A stretch of 38,895 nucleotides of DNA from sequence record SRR31156797_12445. One strand, given 5' to 3'. Shown piece by piece: positions 28,029 to 37,352 of the stretch. The notes under the pieces are model-generated. The model ran no database searches, was not told the DNA's origin, and saw only the letters and a program-made list of their open reading frames with translations. Numbering within the stretch: the first letter of the stretch is position 1; each line of letters begins with the position of its first letter. The position numbers and the translations under genes are program-made.

Positions 28029-29378
28029 TTAATAAAATGTACCTTTGATTCCCATAGCCAAAACGGTGACTATGATGATCGGACAGATAACTCCGATGAC
28101 AGGTTTCCAGCCATTGTTTATCTTGAACAAGGTTGCTCCTTTGTTTGTCTCTTCGATCGCCCGATCAAAACCAAACTTCCAGCAGAAGTATATGACTGTC
28201 ATCAGGCAGCCTGCTGGTATTATTATATACATGGTCACGAAGTCCAACATTGTGTACAAATCTTTTCCTAATAGTCTTACTTCACTCAAAAGTGGAGTAT
28301 GTACAAAAATAGGGATAAGGCCAATCATAAAAATGGCACCTGTCGTCAACCATACCATTGTCTTTCGTTGAATATTAAAAGCATCAGCCAAGGTTGCTGC
28401 AATACCTTCAATCAGGCCAAGACATGTTGTGTAGGCCGCTACTAACAATGTGAGGAAAAATAAGCTTCCAAAGAACCATCCGCCAGTCATATTTGCAAAA
28501 AGCACTGGCATCGTTTGAAATACAAGCGAACTTCCTGAAGTCGGATCGACGCCAAAACTAAAAACGGCAGGGAAAATGATGAAGCCGGCAAGAATTGCAA
28601 CAACGATGTTTGACATTATCATTACGACACTTGATTTAGTCAAACTGCTATTGTCTGGAGGATAACTGCCAAAGACAAACACTGAGGCCATTCCAAGACC
28701 ACCTAAAAATAGCGTTTGTGATAAACAATCAAGAAGCAGTGTTGGGGTGACTTTTGTAAAGTCAGGGGTGAGGAACCAGATAATCGCTTCCTTTGCCGCC
28801 GGCAAGGTTAATGATTTTATAGCACAAGCTATCATGCATATAAAAAGAATGGGGAGGGCAATTTTAGCAAATTTTTCAATCCCGCCCTGTACTCCTCTGG
28901 AAATAACAATGGCAGCGCCCCCTAATAATAAGGCGTTGTAAAAGATGAGTAAGGGTGCATTTGATGCTACGCTCTGGTAAATGGCTGGCAATTCAGATCC
29001 AGTGGCATTGTTTAGGCTACCAATAAGAGTCAAGACAATGTAATGGGCTACATTCCCCGTGATCATCACATAGTAGCTCATTAATAATGTTGCGGCTAGG
29101 GCACCTAGCCAACCAATAATCACTCATTTGCTGCCTTTCCTCTCCAAAGAGCGCATTCCGATTATCGGAGTTGTTTTCATTGTTCTTCCGAGCACCAGCT
29201 CGCTTAGAATCAAAGGTACCCCAATAAACAGACACATCAGAATCTTTACCAGCAAAAAGGCACCGCCTCCATTTGTCCCGATAAGATATGGAAATCTCCA
29301 AATAGCCCCCAGGCCTACAGAGTAGCCTATGGCGGTCATTAGAAACCCAAACACACTTCCAAACTGACTATTGTTCAT
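28029..29378 (-). pseudogene. Sodium-dependent transporter (NSS/SNF family) with one in-frame TGA
   Basis: GYSVGLGAIWRFPY...NGGGAFLL, GVQGGIEK, GFIIFPAVFSFG; ORFs 29124-29378 and 28029-29123 share a frame, separated by TGA (KGSK*VIIGWLG) at a position usually Trp. Confidence 0.88.
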
Positions 29379-29442
29379 GTTTGCTGTTTCGTGCTCATAA
29401 CAGTTAAACCTTCAACGTGTTTTTTATTGTGACTAAACTGTA

Positions 29443-29476
29443 AAGGCAGACCTCCCTGCTTATGGGCGTCTGCCTT
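29443..29476 (-). other. Intercistronic stem-loop between oxidase and transporter
   Basis: AAGGCAGAC...GTCTGCCTT inverted repeat. Confidence 0.55.
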
Positions 29477-29503
29477 GGTTAATTTTGAGTGCTATGGTTG
29501 AGA

Positions 29504-30784
29504 CTAACAGCGGCGCTGCAGTGTATGATAGGCTCTGCCTCCAGCTTCAAAATAAAGGCCACGAGCGTGTCTGGTTGGAATGTTTTTTTGTTTTGTTAAT
29601 GGCAGGGGAATTGCTGCTGATGATTCTGTTTGTGCGTATTCTGCGAGGAGTTTGCCAAAAACTGTACCTGGACCAATCCCTCTACCGTTGAAGCTGGTCA
29701 CTGTAAACATATCATCGTCGAGAATATGAAAACCTGGAACGTTGTCGTTTGTCATCCTGATAACTCCGTCCCAATAATATTCCAACTCTATGTTTCCTAT
29801 CTGTGGGAACATCTTTTTTATAGAACGCAGGACCCACTTTTTATGGAGATTGTACGCTCCATTTTTTACTTGGCCAACACTTCCTACGATTAATCGCCCT
29901 GCTTCGTCAATAACATAAGATGAAAGCACCAAGGCCGTGTCCCATGCAGGTTGTTTTCCTGGAAGGATAGTTTCGCGAACTGCCTTCGGCAGTGGGGGGG
30001 TGGAGAACTGAAAATAATTAAATGGGATCATAGATTTCTTTTGATCTTTGAAACCGTACTCGGGATATCCTTGGGTGGCCAGGATCACCTTTTTGGCTTG
30101 AAGAGAACCTTTAGGTGTCTTTAAATGCCAGCTGCCGTTTTTTCTTTCGTATGAAGTTACAGGAGAGTTGATTTTGAGTTTAGCACCCGCCTTGGTTGCG
30201 GCTTCCGCAAGCCCATAAGCATATGACAAGGGTTGAAGTCGTCCTGCTCGTTTGTCCCACAGTGCCCCATGGTATGCTTTGCTGCCGATCATTGGGGCGG
30301 CTTCATCTTGGCTCAAAAGCGTGACAGGTGCATTGCGGGCTTGCCATTGCTTTTCTCGCATTTGAAGTGCTTTAAACCCGGCCGCTGAGTGTGCGCAGTG
30401 GAGTGTTCCTTCGCGGACAGCTTCACATTCAATGTTGTGTTTGTTGATTAGCTCAAAAACAAGATCCGGAGATTTTCCAAGTACATTAATGAGTTCTTCC
30501 CCATGTTGTGGGCCAATTGTTTTTACGACATCATCTGGAAATAGCCAGAGCCCTGCATTTATAAGCCCCACATTGCGTCCAGCGCCGCCAAAACCGATAT
30601 TTTTGGCTTCGAGTAAAGTAGCGTCAATCCCTGCCTCTGCAAGGTGGAGGGCTGCCGATAATCCAGTATAGCCTCCTCCGATTACAGCGATATCCGTGGT
30701 GTGTTCCCCCTCAATAGAAGATAGATCCGGGTGCGAAGGTGCGGTTACTGTCCAGAGGCCGTGGGTTTCAATCGAATTGTTCAT
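29504..30784 (-). CDS. amaA: FAD-dependent oxidoreductase (DAO family), L-pipecolate oxidase/dehydrogenase AmaA-like
   Basis: GGGYTGLS FAD motif; GRNVGLINAGLW..PDDV, GTLHCAH, DKRAG..QPLSY, AWDT..VLSS, FNGRGIGPGTVFG closely follow Pseudomonas AmaA as recalled. Confidence 0.75.
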   Translation of the reverse strand: MNNSIETHGLWTVTAPSHPDLSSIEGEHTTDIAVIGGGYTGLSAALHLAEAGIDATLLEAKNIGFGGAGRNVGLINAGLWLFPDDVVKTIGPQHGEELINVLGKSPDLVFELINKHNIECEAVREGTLHCAHSAAGFKALQMREKQWQARNAPVTLLSQDEAAPMIGSKAYHGALWDKRAGRLQPLSYAYGLAEAATKAGAKLKINSPVTSYERKNGSWHLKTPKGSLQAKKVILATQGYPEYGFKDQKKSMIPFNYFQFSTPPLPKAVRETILPGKQPAWDTALVLSSYVIDEAGRLIVGSVGQVKNGAYNLHKKWVLRSIKKMFPQIGNIELEYYWDGVIRMTNDNVPGFHILDDDMFTVTSFNGRGIGPGTVFGKLLAEYAQTESSAAIPLPLTKQKNIPTRHARGLYFEAGGRAYHTLQRRC

Positions 30785-30861
30785 GGATTATCTCCCTTGA
30801 AAAATGTTATTTCTATTACACGAGGCTACCTGCTATAAAGGTATAACGCTCTGTCGCATTC

Positions 30862-30877
30862 TACTGGTATACCAGTA
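30862..30877. promoter_or_regulatory. Perfect 16-bp palindrome, candidate GntR/FadR-type operator (copy 2)
   Basis: TACTGGTATACCAGTA, just downstream of a minus-strand TTGACT-N17-TATACG (30917-30889). Confidence 0.75.
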
Positions 30878-31227
30878 AATATACCTACCGTATACTAGCG
30901 GTATTTCTGCTAGTCAAGCGTTTTGTTTTTGATTTGGAGTTATTTGAGGCCTATTCCAGGTAACCGGGAAAGAGCTGTTTATTTAATACATTACAATTCG
31001 AAAGAGTTAGGAGTTGTAAGAAGGTGATGAAGAATCCTGAAATAAATATTTCACATGAAGAGATTGAAACAGGGTTCTAGCCGTACTGAAGTCAGTAAAT
31101 CATAGTGGGTGAGATGGCCTAAGTTTGGAGGTATCGCAAAACAATAACAGTGAGAATTTTAGGTTGTATTTAATGGGTTTATTGGGATAGTATGAATCCT
31201 ATTCGACCCTAATGAAGAGGCTGTTTG

Positions 31228-33327
31228 ATGATGAGTAAAAAAAGATTATTGATTTTGTCACTGGATCAGCAGGTAAATGATTTTCTTTGTACGACTATTG
31301 AGCGCATCATTGGCAGTGAAGTTGAAGTTTTTGGTTTTTTGCAAAAAGATAATTTGCCTCCTCTAGTTGAACCAGATTGTGTTCTAACCTCTGGGAAGCA
31401 TATACTTGAGCAGGCCAGGGTGCGGTTTCCAAGGTGCAAAACCATAGCACCTGCCCGAATTATTTCTGGGTTGAACCTTGAGCAAATTATGATGCTGCCA
31501 AAAGGCCTCAAGGTATTGGTTGTCAATAATCCAAGGGCTGCAACTGAAGAGACCATTCAATCCTTACAAGATCTTGGTATTAATCATCTTAATTATGTCC
31601 CCTTTTGGGTTGGAGAGGACTGTGAAGCTGATCTTGTACCTCTCTTAACCGCAATATCTCCGGGAATGGGGCACCTGTGTCCCGAAGAGGTGGATCAAAT
31701 AATCGATATCGGCCCCAGGCTCATAAGTATTCATTCTTTTTCCGAGCTGTTGATAGCCCTTGGTCTCGACTCTAGTTATTTAGATGTATATGCCAAATAC
31801 CATGATTATTTTCTCCTGGAGTCAAGCCGAAGACTTTCTAAGGCTCTTACCCATGCAGAGTTGTTGCGGACCAGGAGTGAGGTAATACTCAATGAATTTG
31901 ATGAGGGCATTGTCTCGGTTGATAAAGATGGTTGTGTAGACCTGGCAAATAAGGCTGCAGAAAATTTATTGACCATGGCGAAAGATAAGGAACTTCTTAA
32001 CCAGCCGTTTATGTCTGTGATGGATTCTTTTAAAAAAGTTGCTGATTTAATTGAACCAAGTGGTGAAAATGAAAAATCTGCAGGCATTTATAATTATCGT
32101 GGTACACAGTTGGTTGTGAGCAAAATCCCTGTAATAAGGGGCCGTAACCGTGGTGACATTTATACCTATCGGAAAATTGCCAGTATTCAGAGTCTCGAAA
32201 AAGATGTTCGAGTTAAATTGGCAGCCAAAGGGTATGCTCCTAAATACCACTTTCGTGAAATATGGGGAGTTAGTGAGAGGCTCAAGAAACTATTAGACAA
32301 AGCCAAAAGTTTCGCTCGTACAGAAAGAAGTATCTTGATTTTTGGCGAAAGTGGGACGGGTAAAGAGCTTCTTGCCCATGCAATGCACAGGAGATCCATG
32401 CGGCAAAAAGGCCCCTTTGTTGCTGTGAATTTTGCAGGTATTTCTGAAAGCTTGATCGAAAGTGAGCTTTTCGGCTATGAAGAAGGTGCATTCACTGGGG
32501 CGGTTAAGGGGGGTAAACTGGGATTGTTTGAACAGGCCCATGGCGGTACGATTTTCCTCGACGAGATTGGAGATGCCTCGATGGACGTTCAGTCAAGGCT
32601 CCTGCGTGTTCTTCAGGAACGCGAAGTAAGAAGGGTTGGGGGAGCCAAAAATACCCCTGTTAATGTTCGAGTAATTGCGGCAACAAATGTGGACTTACAC
32701 GACACGATGGGGAAAGGTAATTTTAGAGAGGATCTTTACTATCGTCTGAGCACCCTGCCCCTTACAATCCCCACATTACGAGATCGTCCCGAAGACATAC
32801 TTCATATTTTTTACAAGTATCAGCGTAGTCATTACAAGATTAAGAAGAAGTTACAGAAAGAGGCTATGGATTGCATGTTGAGTTATTCCTGGCCAGGTAA
32901 TGTGCGGGAGTTGATTAATACCACGGAGTATACTTTGATTACTTCTAAGGGTAGTCTGGAAATCAGCTATGAACATTTGCCTGAGATTTTGCAGCGTTAT
33001 GTGACTAAAGATGACCAAGATGCCTCAGGGCAGCAAAAAGATTTTCAGGAAATCACCTACAATTTACGATCGAACAATTTTACTCCTGAGATTGTTTCAG
33101 CAACACTTGAAATTCTCGCTGAACACCCTCGAAAGGGTATTGGTCGGAACAATCTGTTGCGCGAGTTAGCCAAGCGTCACTTGGGAACTACTGAAGGGCG
33201 GATAAAACGTCTGCTTTTGATATTTAAGGATTATAGTCTGGTAGAAGTGGGACATACTAGACAGGGGACAAGAATCAGTTCGATTGGCCAGCGTTATTTA
33301 AATTCTGCTGTTGTTTACTCCTTATAA
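31228..33327 (+). CDS. Sigma54-dependent enhancer-binding protein (PAS-like + AAA+ + C-terminal winged helix)
   Basis: GESGTGKELLA, ESELFGYEEGAFTGA, FLDEIG, FREDLYYRL, WPGNVREL; C-terminal wHTH instead of Fis-type HTH. Confidence 0.95.
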   Translation: MMSKKRLLILSLDQQVNDFLCTTIERIIGSEVEVFGFLQKDNLPPLVEPDCVLTSGKHILEQARVRFPRCKTIAPARIISGLNLEQIMMLPKGLKVLVVNNPRAATEETIQSLQDLGINHLNYVPFWVGEDCEADLVPLLTAISPGMGHLCPEEVDQIIDIGPRLISIHSFSELLIALGLDSSYLDVYAKYHDYFLLESSRRLSKALTHAELLRTRSEVILNEFDEGIVSVDKDGCVDLANKAAENLLTMAKDKELLNQPFMSVMDSFKKVADLIEPSGENEKSAGIYNYRGTQLVVSKIPVIRGRNRGDIYTYRKIASIQSLEKDVRVKLAAKGYAPKYHFREIWGVSERLKKLLDKAKSFARTERSILIFGESGTGKELLAHAMHRRSMRQKGPFVAVNFAGISESLIESELFGYEEGAFTGAVKGGKLGLFEQAHGGTIFLDEIGDASMDVQSRLLRVLQEREVRRVGGAKNTPVNVRVIAATNVDLHDTMGKGNFREDLYYRLSTLPLTIPTLRDRPEDILHIFYKYQRSHYKIKKKLQKEAMDCMLSYSWPGNVRELINTTEYTLITSKGSLEISYEHLPEILQRYVTKDDQDASGQQKDFQEITYNLRSNNFTPEIVSATLEILAEHPRKGIGRNNLLRELAKRHLGTTEGRIKRLLLIFKDYSLVEVGHTRQGTRISSIGQRYLNSAVVYSL

Positions 33328-33341
33328 TAATCGGCCTTCGG

Positions 33342-33367
33342 TATTAGGACGAATAGGACAGCTTAGG
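33342..33367 (+). promoter_or_regulatory. Candidate upstream activator sequence for the adjacent EBP
   Basis: TAGG at 33345, 33354, 33364, just after the EBP stop. Confidence 0.6.
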
Positions 33368-33470
33368 GTATCATTTTCTTCGGAGAATGCTTTTTACCCT
33401 TACAGTGGTATTTTTTGTTTATATAGTTGTTTTCAATTGATAGCTACTTTTTCCGAAATATGAGTAATAG

Positions 33471-33486
33471 TGGCACAGTTAATGCT
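33471..33486 (+). promoter_or_regulatory. Sigma54 (-24/-12) promoter of the aor operon
   Basis: TGGCACAGTTAATGCT with correct GG/GC spacing, between EBP and aor. Confidence 0.82.
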
Positions 33487-33593
33487 TTTCCTTTTTTAAA
33501 ATAAAAACAGTGCATCGCCCTTTGGTGTTAGTGCCAAAGCGATACAGGTTATGAAATTTTATTAATATCCAGCATATTCGTATAGGAGGTAAC

Positions 33594-35423
33594 ATGTTTG
33601 GATGGAGAGGAAAAATACTGAGAGTCAATCTCACAACTGGGTCACTGCAGGAAGAGGCTTTGGATCCTCAAGTTGCTAAAGACTATATAGGCGGCAGGGG
33701 TTTGGGGGTGTGGCTTTTAAATAAAGAATTGGATCCACAATGCGATCCTCTCTCCCCCGAGAACATCTTGGTCATGGCCACTGGGCCATTGACTGGTACG
33801 GGGGCTCCAACAGGTGCACGGTATATGGTGATGACAAAGTCACCGCTTACCGGCGGTATCACCTGCTCTAACTCAGGTGGAAAATTTCCCACTGAGCTCA
33901 AGCGCGCCGGGTTTGATATGTTGATTTTTGAAGGGTGTGCAAAAGGGCCTTCATATTTATGGATTGATAGGGGAAAGGCCGAGTTGCGTAGTGCCGCTCA
34001 TCTCTCAGGTCTTAGTGCTCACAAAACCACAGAGCGACTGGTGGCAGAAACAGATGAAAAGGCAAAGATAGCTTGCGTTGGACCTGCTGGAGAGAAAAAG
34101 GTGCTCTTTGCGTCCATTATGAATGATAAAGACCGCGCTGCGGGAAGATCAGGTGTTGGTGCTGTAATGGGATCAAAAAACCTTAAGGCGGTGGTGGTTC
34201 GAGGAGAAGAAAAAATTTCCTTGGCTGACCCGGACCATTTTAAGGCTTTTAACCGTGAGATTCTCAGTAATTTTAAAGAGGAAGCAAAAAAAACGCCAAT
34301 TGGACTCAGGATCAACGGGACTGCCGGTGTTGTCACGGCTACTCAAAATTTTGGGGTGCTTCCAACCAAGAATTGGCAGCAAGGAACTTTTGATGGTTGG
34401 AAGGCTATCGACGGTACCACTCTTACCAAAGACTATTTGGTTGCTAATTCCGCTTGCTTTGCCTGCCCCATTGGTTGTGGACGAAAAACGCGAGTAGCTG
34501 AAGGTCCGTTTTCTGGAGAAGGAGAGGGGCCGGAATATGAGACTATTTACGCCATGGGCTCAAATTGTATGATAGATAATCTCGCTGCCGTGTTGAAAGC
34601 TAACTACATCTGCAACGAAATGGGCATGGATACTATCACCATGGGAGCCACCATTGCCTGTGCGATGGAACTCGTAGATCGCGGTTATGTCACCGAAGAG
34701 GAGGTCGGTCGTCCACTCAAATGGGGTGATGCGGAGGCACTTGTAGAATTAACCCGTATGACCGGTAATTGTGAAGGCTTTGGTGCTAGACTGGCCGAAG
34801 GGAGCTATAGGCTGGCAGAAAGTTGTGGGCACCCAGAGCTTGCCATGGTTTCAAAAAAGCAGGAGTTCCCTGGTTATGAACCTCGTGGAGCCCAAGCCAT
34901 GGGGCTGGCATATGCCACAAGCCCAATTGGCGGCTCTCATATGCGCGGTGACCCTGCCTACTTTGAGCTTTTTGGTATCCCTAAGCCTGTGGATCGTCTT
35001 GAATGGAAGGGTAAAGCCAAGCCAACACAAGCTTTCCAGGATCATTCAGCTATAATTGATTCTGCAGGGTTGTGCATCTTTTTCACTGTCCGTAATTTGG
35101 TTGAAAAAGATCTTGATGTCGCTCCCACAGGCATCATGGAGTACATGAATGCTGCCACTGGGGCGGACTATACCCTTGAGGAATTGTCCGATGCCGGTCA
35201 GCGTATTATAAACGCTGAGAGGGTGTTTTTGTTAAATGCAGGGTTTACCAGGAAAGACGATTCGCTGCCTAAGAGGATGACGGAAGAGCCTATGCCTGAA
35301 GGACCGTCAAAAGGGCATGTTTGTCATCTTGAAGAGATGCTCGACGAGTATTACGAGGTCCGCGAGTGGAATCAGGATGGTGTCCCTAAGCCCGAAAAAC
35401 TGAAAAAGCTTGGTCTTGCTTGA
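33594..35423 (+). CDS. aor: Aldehyde:ferredoxin oxidoreductase (tungstopterin family)
   Basis: GKILRVNLT, YIGGRGLG, KSPLTG, RAAGRSGVGAVMGSKNLKA, CFACPIGC, GPEYET, GMDTI, DSAGLC; AGGAGG RBS. Confidence 0.95.
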   Translation: MFGWRGKILRVNLTTGSLQEEALDPQVAKDYIGGRGLGVWLLNKELDPQCDPLSPENILVMATGPLTGTGAPTGARYMVMTKSPLTGGITCSNSGGKFPTELKRAGFDMLIFEGCAKGPSYLWIDRGKAELRSAAHLSGLSAHKTTERLVAETDEKAKIACVGPAGEKKVLFASIMNDKDRAAGRSGVGAVMGSKNLKAVVVRGEEKISLADPDHFKAFNREILSNFKEEAKKTPIGLRINGTAGVVTATQNFGVLPTKNWQQGTFDGWKAIDGTTLTKDYLVANSACFACPIGCGRKTRVAEGPFSGEGEGPEYETIYAMGSNCMIDNLAAVLKANYICNEMGMDTITMGATIACAMELVDRGYVTEEEVGRPLKWGDAEALVELTRMTGNCEGFGARLAEGSYRLAESCGHPELAMVSKKQEFPGYEPRGAQAMGLAYATSPIGGSHMRGDPAYFELFGIPKPVDRLEWKGKAKPTQAFQDHSAIIDSAGLCIFFTVRNLVEKDLDVAPTGIMEYMNAATGADYTLEELSDAGQRIINAERVFLLNAGFTRKDDSLPKRMTEEPMPEGPSKGHVCHLEEMLDEYYEVREWNQDGVPKPEKLKKLGLA

Positions 35424-35435
35424 GATTGCTCATAA

Positions 35436-35669
35436 ATGTTGGTGGAAGTGAGGCTATATAGTGAGCTAAAGCGGTTCGCTCCCGAGGGAAAGGATGAATT
35501 TATTCTTGACCTTCCCTCGGGCGCGACTACTCAAGACCTGCTGGACACGTTGCATATATCAGATGGGGTACCGCGCACTATACTGAAAGATGGTATGTTT
35601 TGTGAAGAGAGCACACCACTAAAAGATGGGTGTACTATGGTCTTGTATACACCCTTGTGCGGTGGATGA
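35436..35669 (+). CDS. MoaD/ThiS family sulfur-carrier protein
   Basis: 77 aa with beta-grasp-like pattern ending in GG, directly after aor. Confidence 0.85.
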   Translation: MLVEVRLYSELKRFAPEGKDEFILDLPSGATTQDLLDTLHISDGVPRTILKDGMFCEESTPLKDGCTMVLYTPLCGG

Positions 35670-35717
35670 ATAAAGTGAAAACCTGACAGTGGTGTGGGGC
35701 GGCCATAGAGGGTAACT

Positions 35718-37019
35718 ATGTACAACGACAATGCAGACACGCTACAGGTCAATTACCAGGGTAAATGCTGGAGCCTCCCTGTAGTTGAAGGTACCGAAGG
35801 CGAAAGGGCGATTGATATTGCCCGGTTACGTTCGGAAACAGGTTTGATTACTCTGGACCCTGGGTATGTAAATACAGGGAGTTGTACCAGTGCGATTACC
35901 TTTATGGATGGTAAGCGGGGAGTTCTGCGATATCGGGGGATACCGGTGGAACAGTTGGCGGCCCATGCGACTTTCAAAGAAACTGCTTTTCTGCTTATAC
36001 ATGGCCACTTGCCATCGCAGGAGGAGCTTGCTCGTTTTTCAGATCTGTTGAGTGAGTACTCACCTGTGCACGAGAAGATGAAAATCTTTTTCCAGAACTA
36101 TCCATCACACGCCCATCCAATGGGAATACTTTCCTCTATGGTTAATACTATGAGGAGCTTTTACCCTGAGCTGGAGGATGAACGGGAAGAGATTAATCTC
36201 ACTGTGGCCCGTTTAATATCAAAGATTCGGACCCTTGCTGCGATGTCATACAAGATCTCCAATGGGAGCAGGGTTGTGTATCCTCGGCCGGATCTTTCTT
36301 ATTGCGCCAATTTCCTTAACATGATGTTTGACTCGGTACCTCGGCCATATGAAATAAGTGAACCTGTAGTGAATGCACTTCGTGTATGTTGGATTTGTCA
36401 TGCAGATCATGAGCAGAATTGCTCAACCTCGGCGGTAAGGTTGGTCGGTAGCGCTAGGGTAAATCTCTATTCCGCAGTATCAGCAGGAATTGCAGCACTT
36501 TGGGGGCCGTTGCATGGCGGAGCGAATCAAGCGGTTGTAGAAATGCTTGAAGATATTGAAAAAAGTGGCAGGGGATATCTGCATTTTATCGAAAGGGCTA
36601 AAGATCCTGACGACCCTTTTCGATTGATGGGCTTTGGGCATCGGGTTTATAAAACCTATGATCCACGGGCAAAAATATTGAAACAGGTGTGCTATGATTT
36701 GTTTGAAGCTTTAAACATTTCTGATCCACGATTGGATATTGCCAGGGAACTGGAAGCAGTAGCCCTTTCCGATGACTATTTTAAAGGAAAAAATCTTTAC
36801 CCAAATTTGGATTTTTATACAGGGATCATTTTTAGTGCCATGGGGATTCCTAAACAGATGTTTCCGGTTATGTTTGCTATCGGTCGGCTCCCTGGCTGGA
36901 TTGCGCAATGGATGGAGAGTATAAAAGATCCGCATTGGAAACTGAATCGCCCTCGTCAGATATACACAGGGCCGGAAAAGATGGATTTTATTCCCATTGA
37001 TCAAAGGAAGGGGATGTAG
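35718..37019 (+). CDS. gltA: Citrate synthase (Si-specific, type II-like)
   Basis: DPGYVNTGSC, HADHEQNCST, GPLHGGAN, MGFGHRVYK, YPNLDFY, RPRQIY. Confidence 0.95.
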   Translation: MYNDNADTLQVNYQGKCWSLPVVEGTEGERAIDIARLRSETGLITLDPGYVNTGSCTSAITFMDGKRGVLRYRGIPVEQLAAHATFKETAFLLIHGHLPSQEELARFSDLLSEYSPVHEKMKIFFQNYPSHAHPMGILSSMVNTMRSFYPELEDEREEINLTVARLISKIRTLAAMSYKISNGSRVVYPRPDLSYCANFLNMMFDSVPRPYEISEPVVNALRVCWICHADHEQNCSTSAVRLVGSARVNLYSAVSAGIAALWGPLHGGANQAVVEMLEDIEKSGRGYLHFIERAKDPDDPFRLMGFGHRVYKTYDPRAKILKQVCYDLFEALNISDPRLDIARELEAVALSDDYFKGKNLYPNLDFYTGIIFSAMGIPKQMFPVMFAIGRLPGWIAQWMESIKDPHWKLNRPRQIYTGPEKMDFIPIDQRKGM

Positions 37020-37319
37020 CAATGGCAAGTATACTCGTAGTGAGTCTAAGTGCGTAGCATCTTGCTGGTGTATTGGCTGCCTCTTACGCTGTTGATTTCA
37101 GCATTGTTGTTAAGCATGCTCATGTTTCGATTATGCGAATAATTTCTCAATAATAGTTGCATCGGTTATTATCTCCCGTGCTGCGGCTTTCGACTTGTAT
37201 CTCTTGTGATTGTAGTAACTTTCTTTTGGGTATAGTTGATGCTGTGACCCGGCAACAGGGGGCGGCGTCGAGTTTTGAGATCACCTTGTGGGCAGTGCCG
37301 TTAATGCTCTTGTTCTCAC

Positions 37320-37352
37320 GGCTCCTCTGGTCTTAATAAGGGGGGCTTTTTT
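37320..37352 (+). terminator. Intrinsic terminator
   Basis: GCTCCTCT...AGGGGGGC stem (with G-U pairs) followed by T6. Confidence 0.6.

Noticed and set aside
29124-29126. In-frame TGA as selenocysteine or recoding
   Set aside because: The position corresponds to a usual Trp in NSS transporters, other genes use TGA as stop, and no SECIS-like hairpin is evident; a TGG to TGA mutation is simpler
33512-33546. Moco/tungsten riboswitch in the aor leader
   Set aside because: Only a single short hairpin; the leader is too short for the multi-stem motif
37244-37260. SAM-I riboswitch suggested by GACCCGGCAAC
   Set aside because: Lacks the ATCxAGAG 5' core and matching P1 elements
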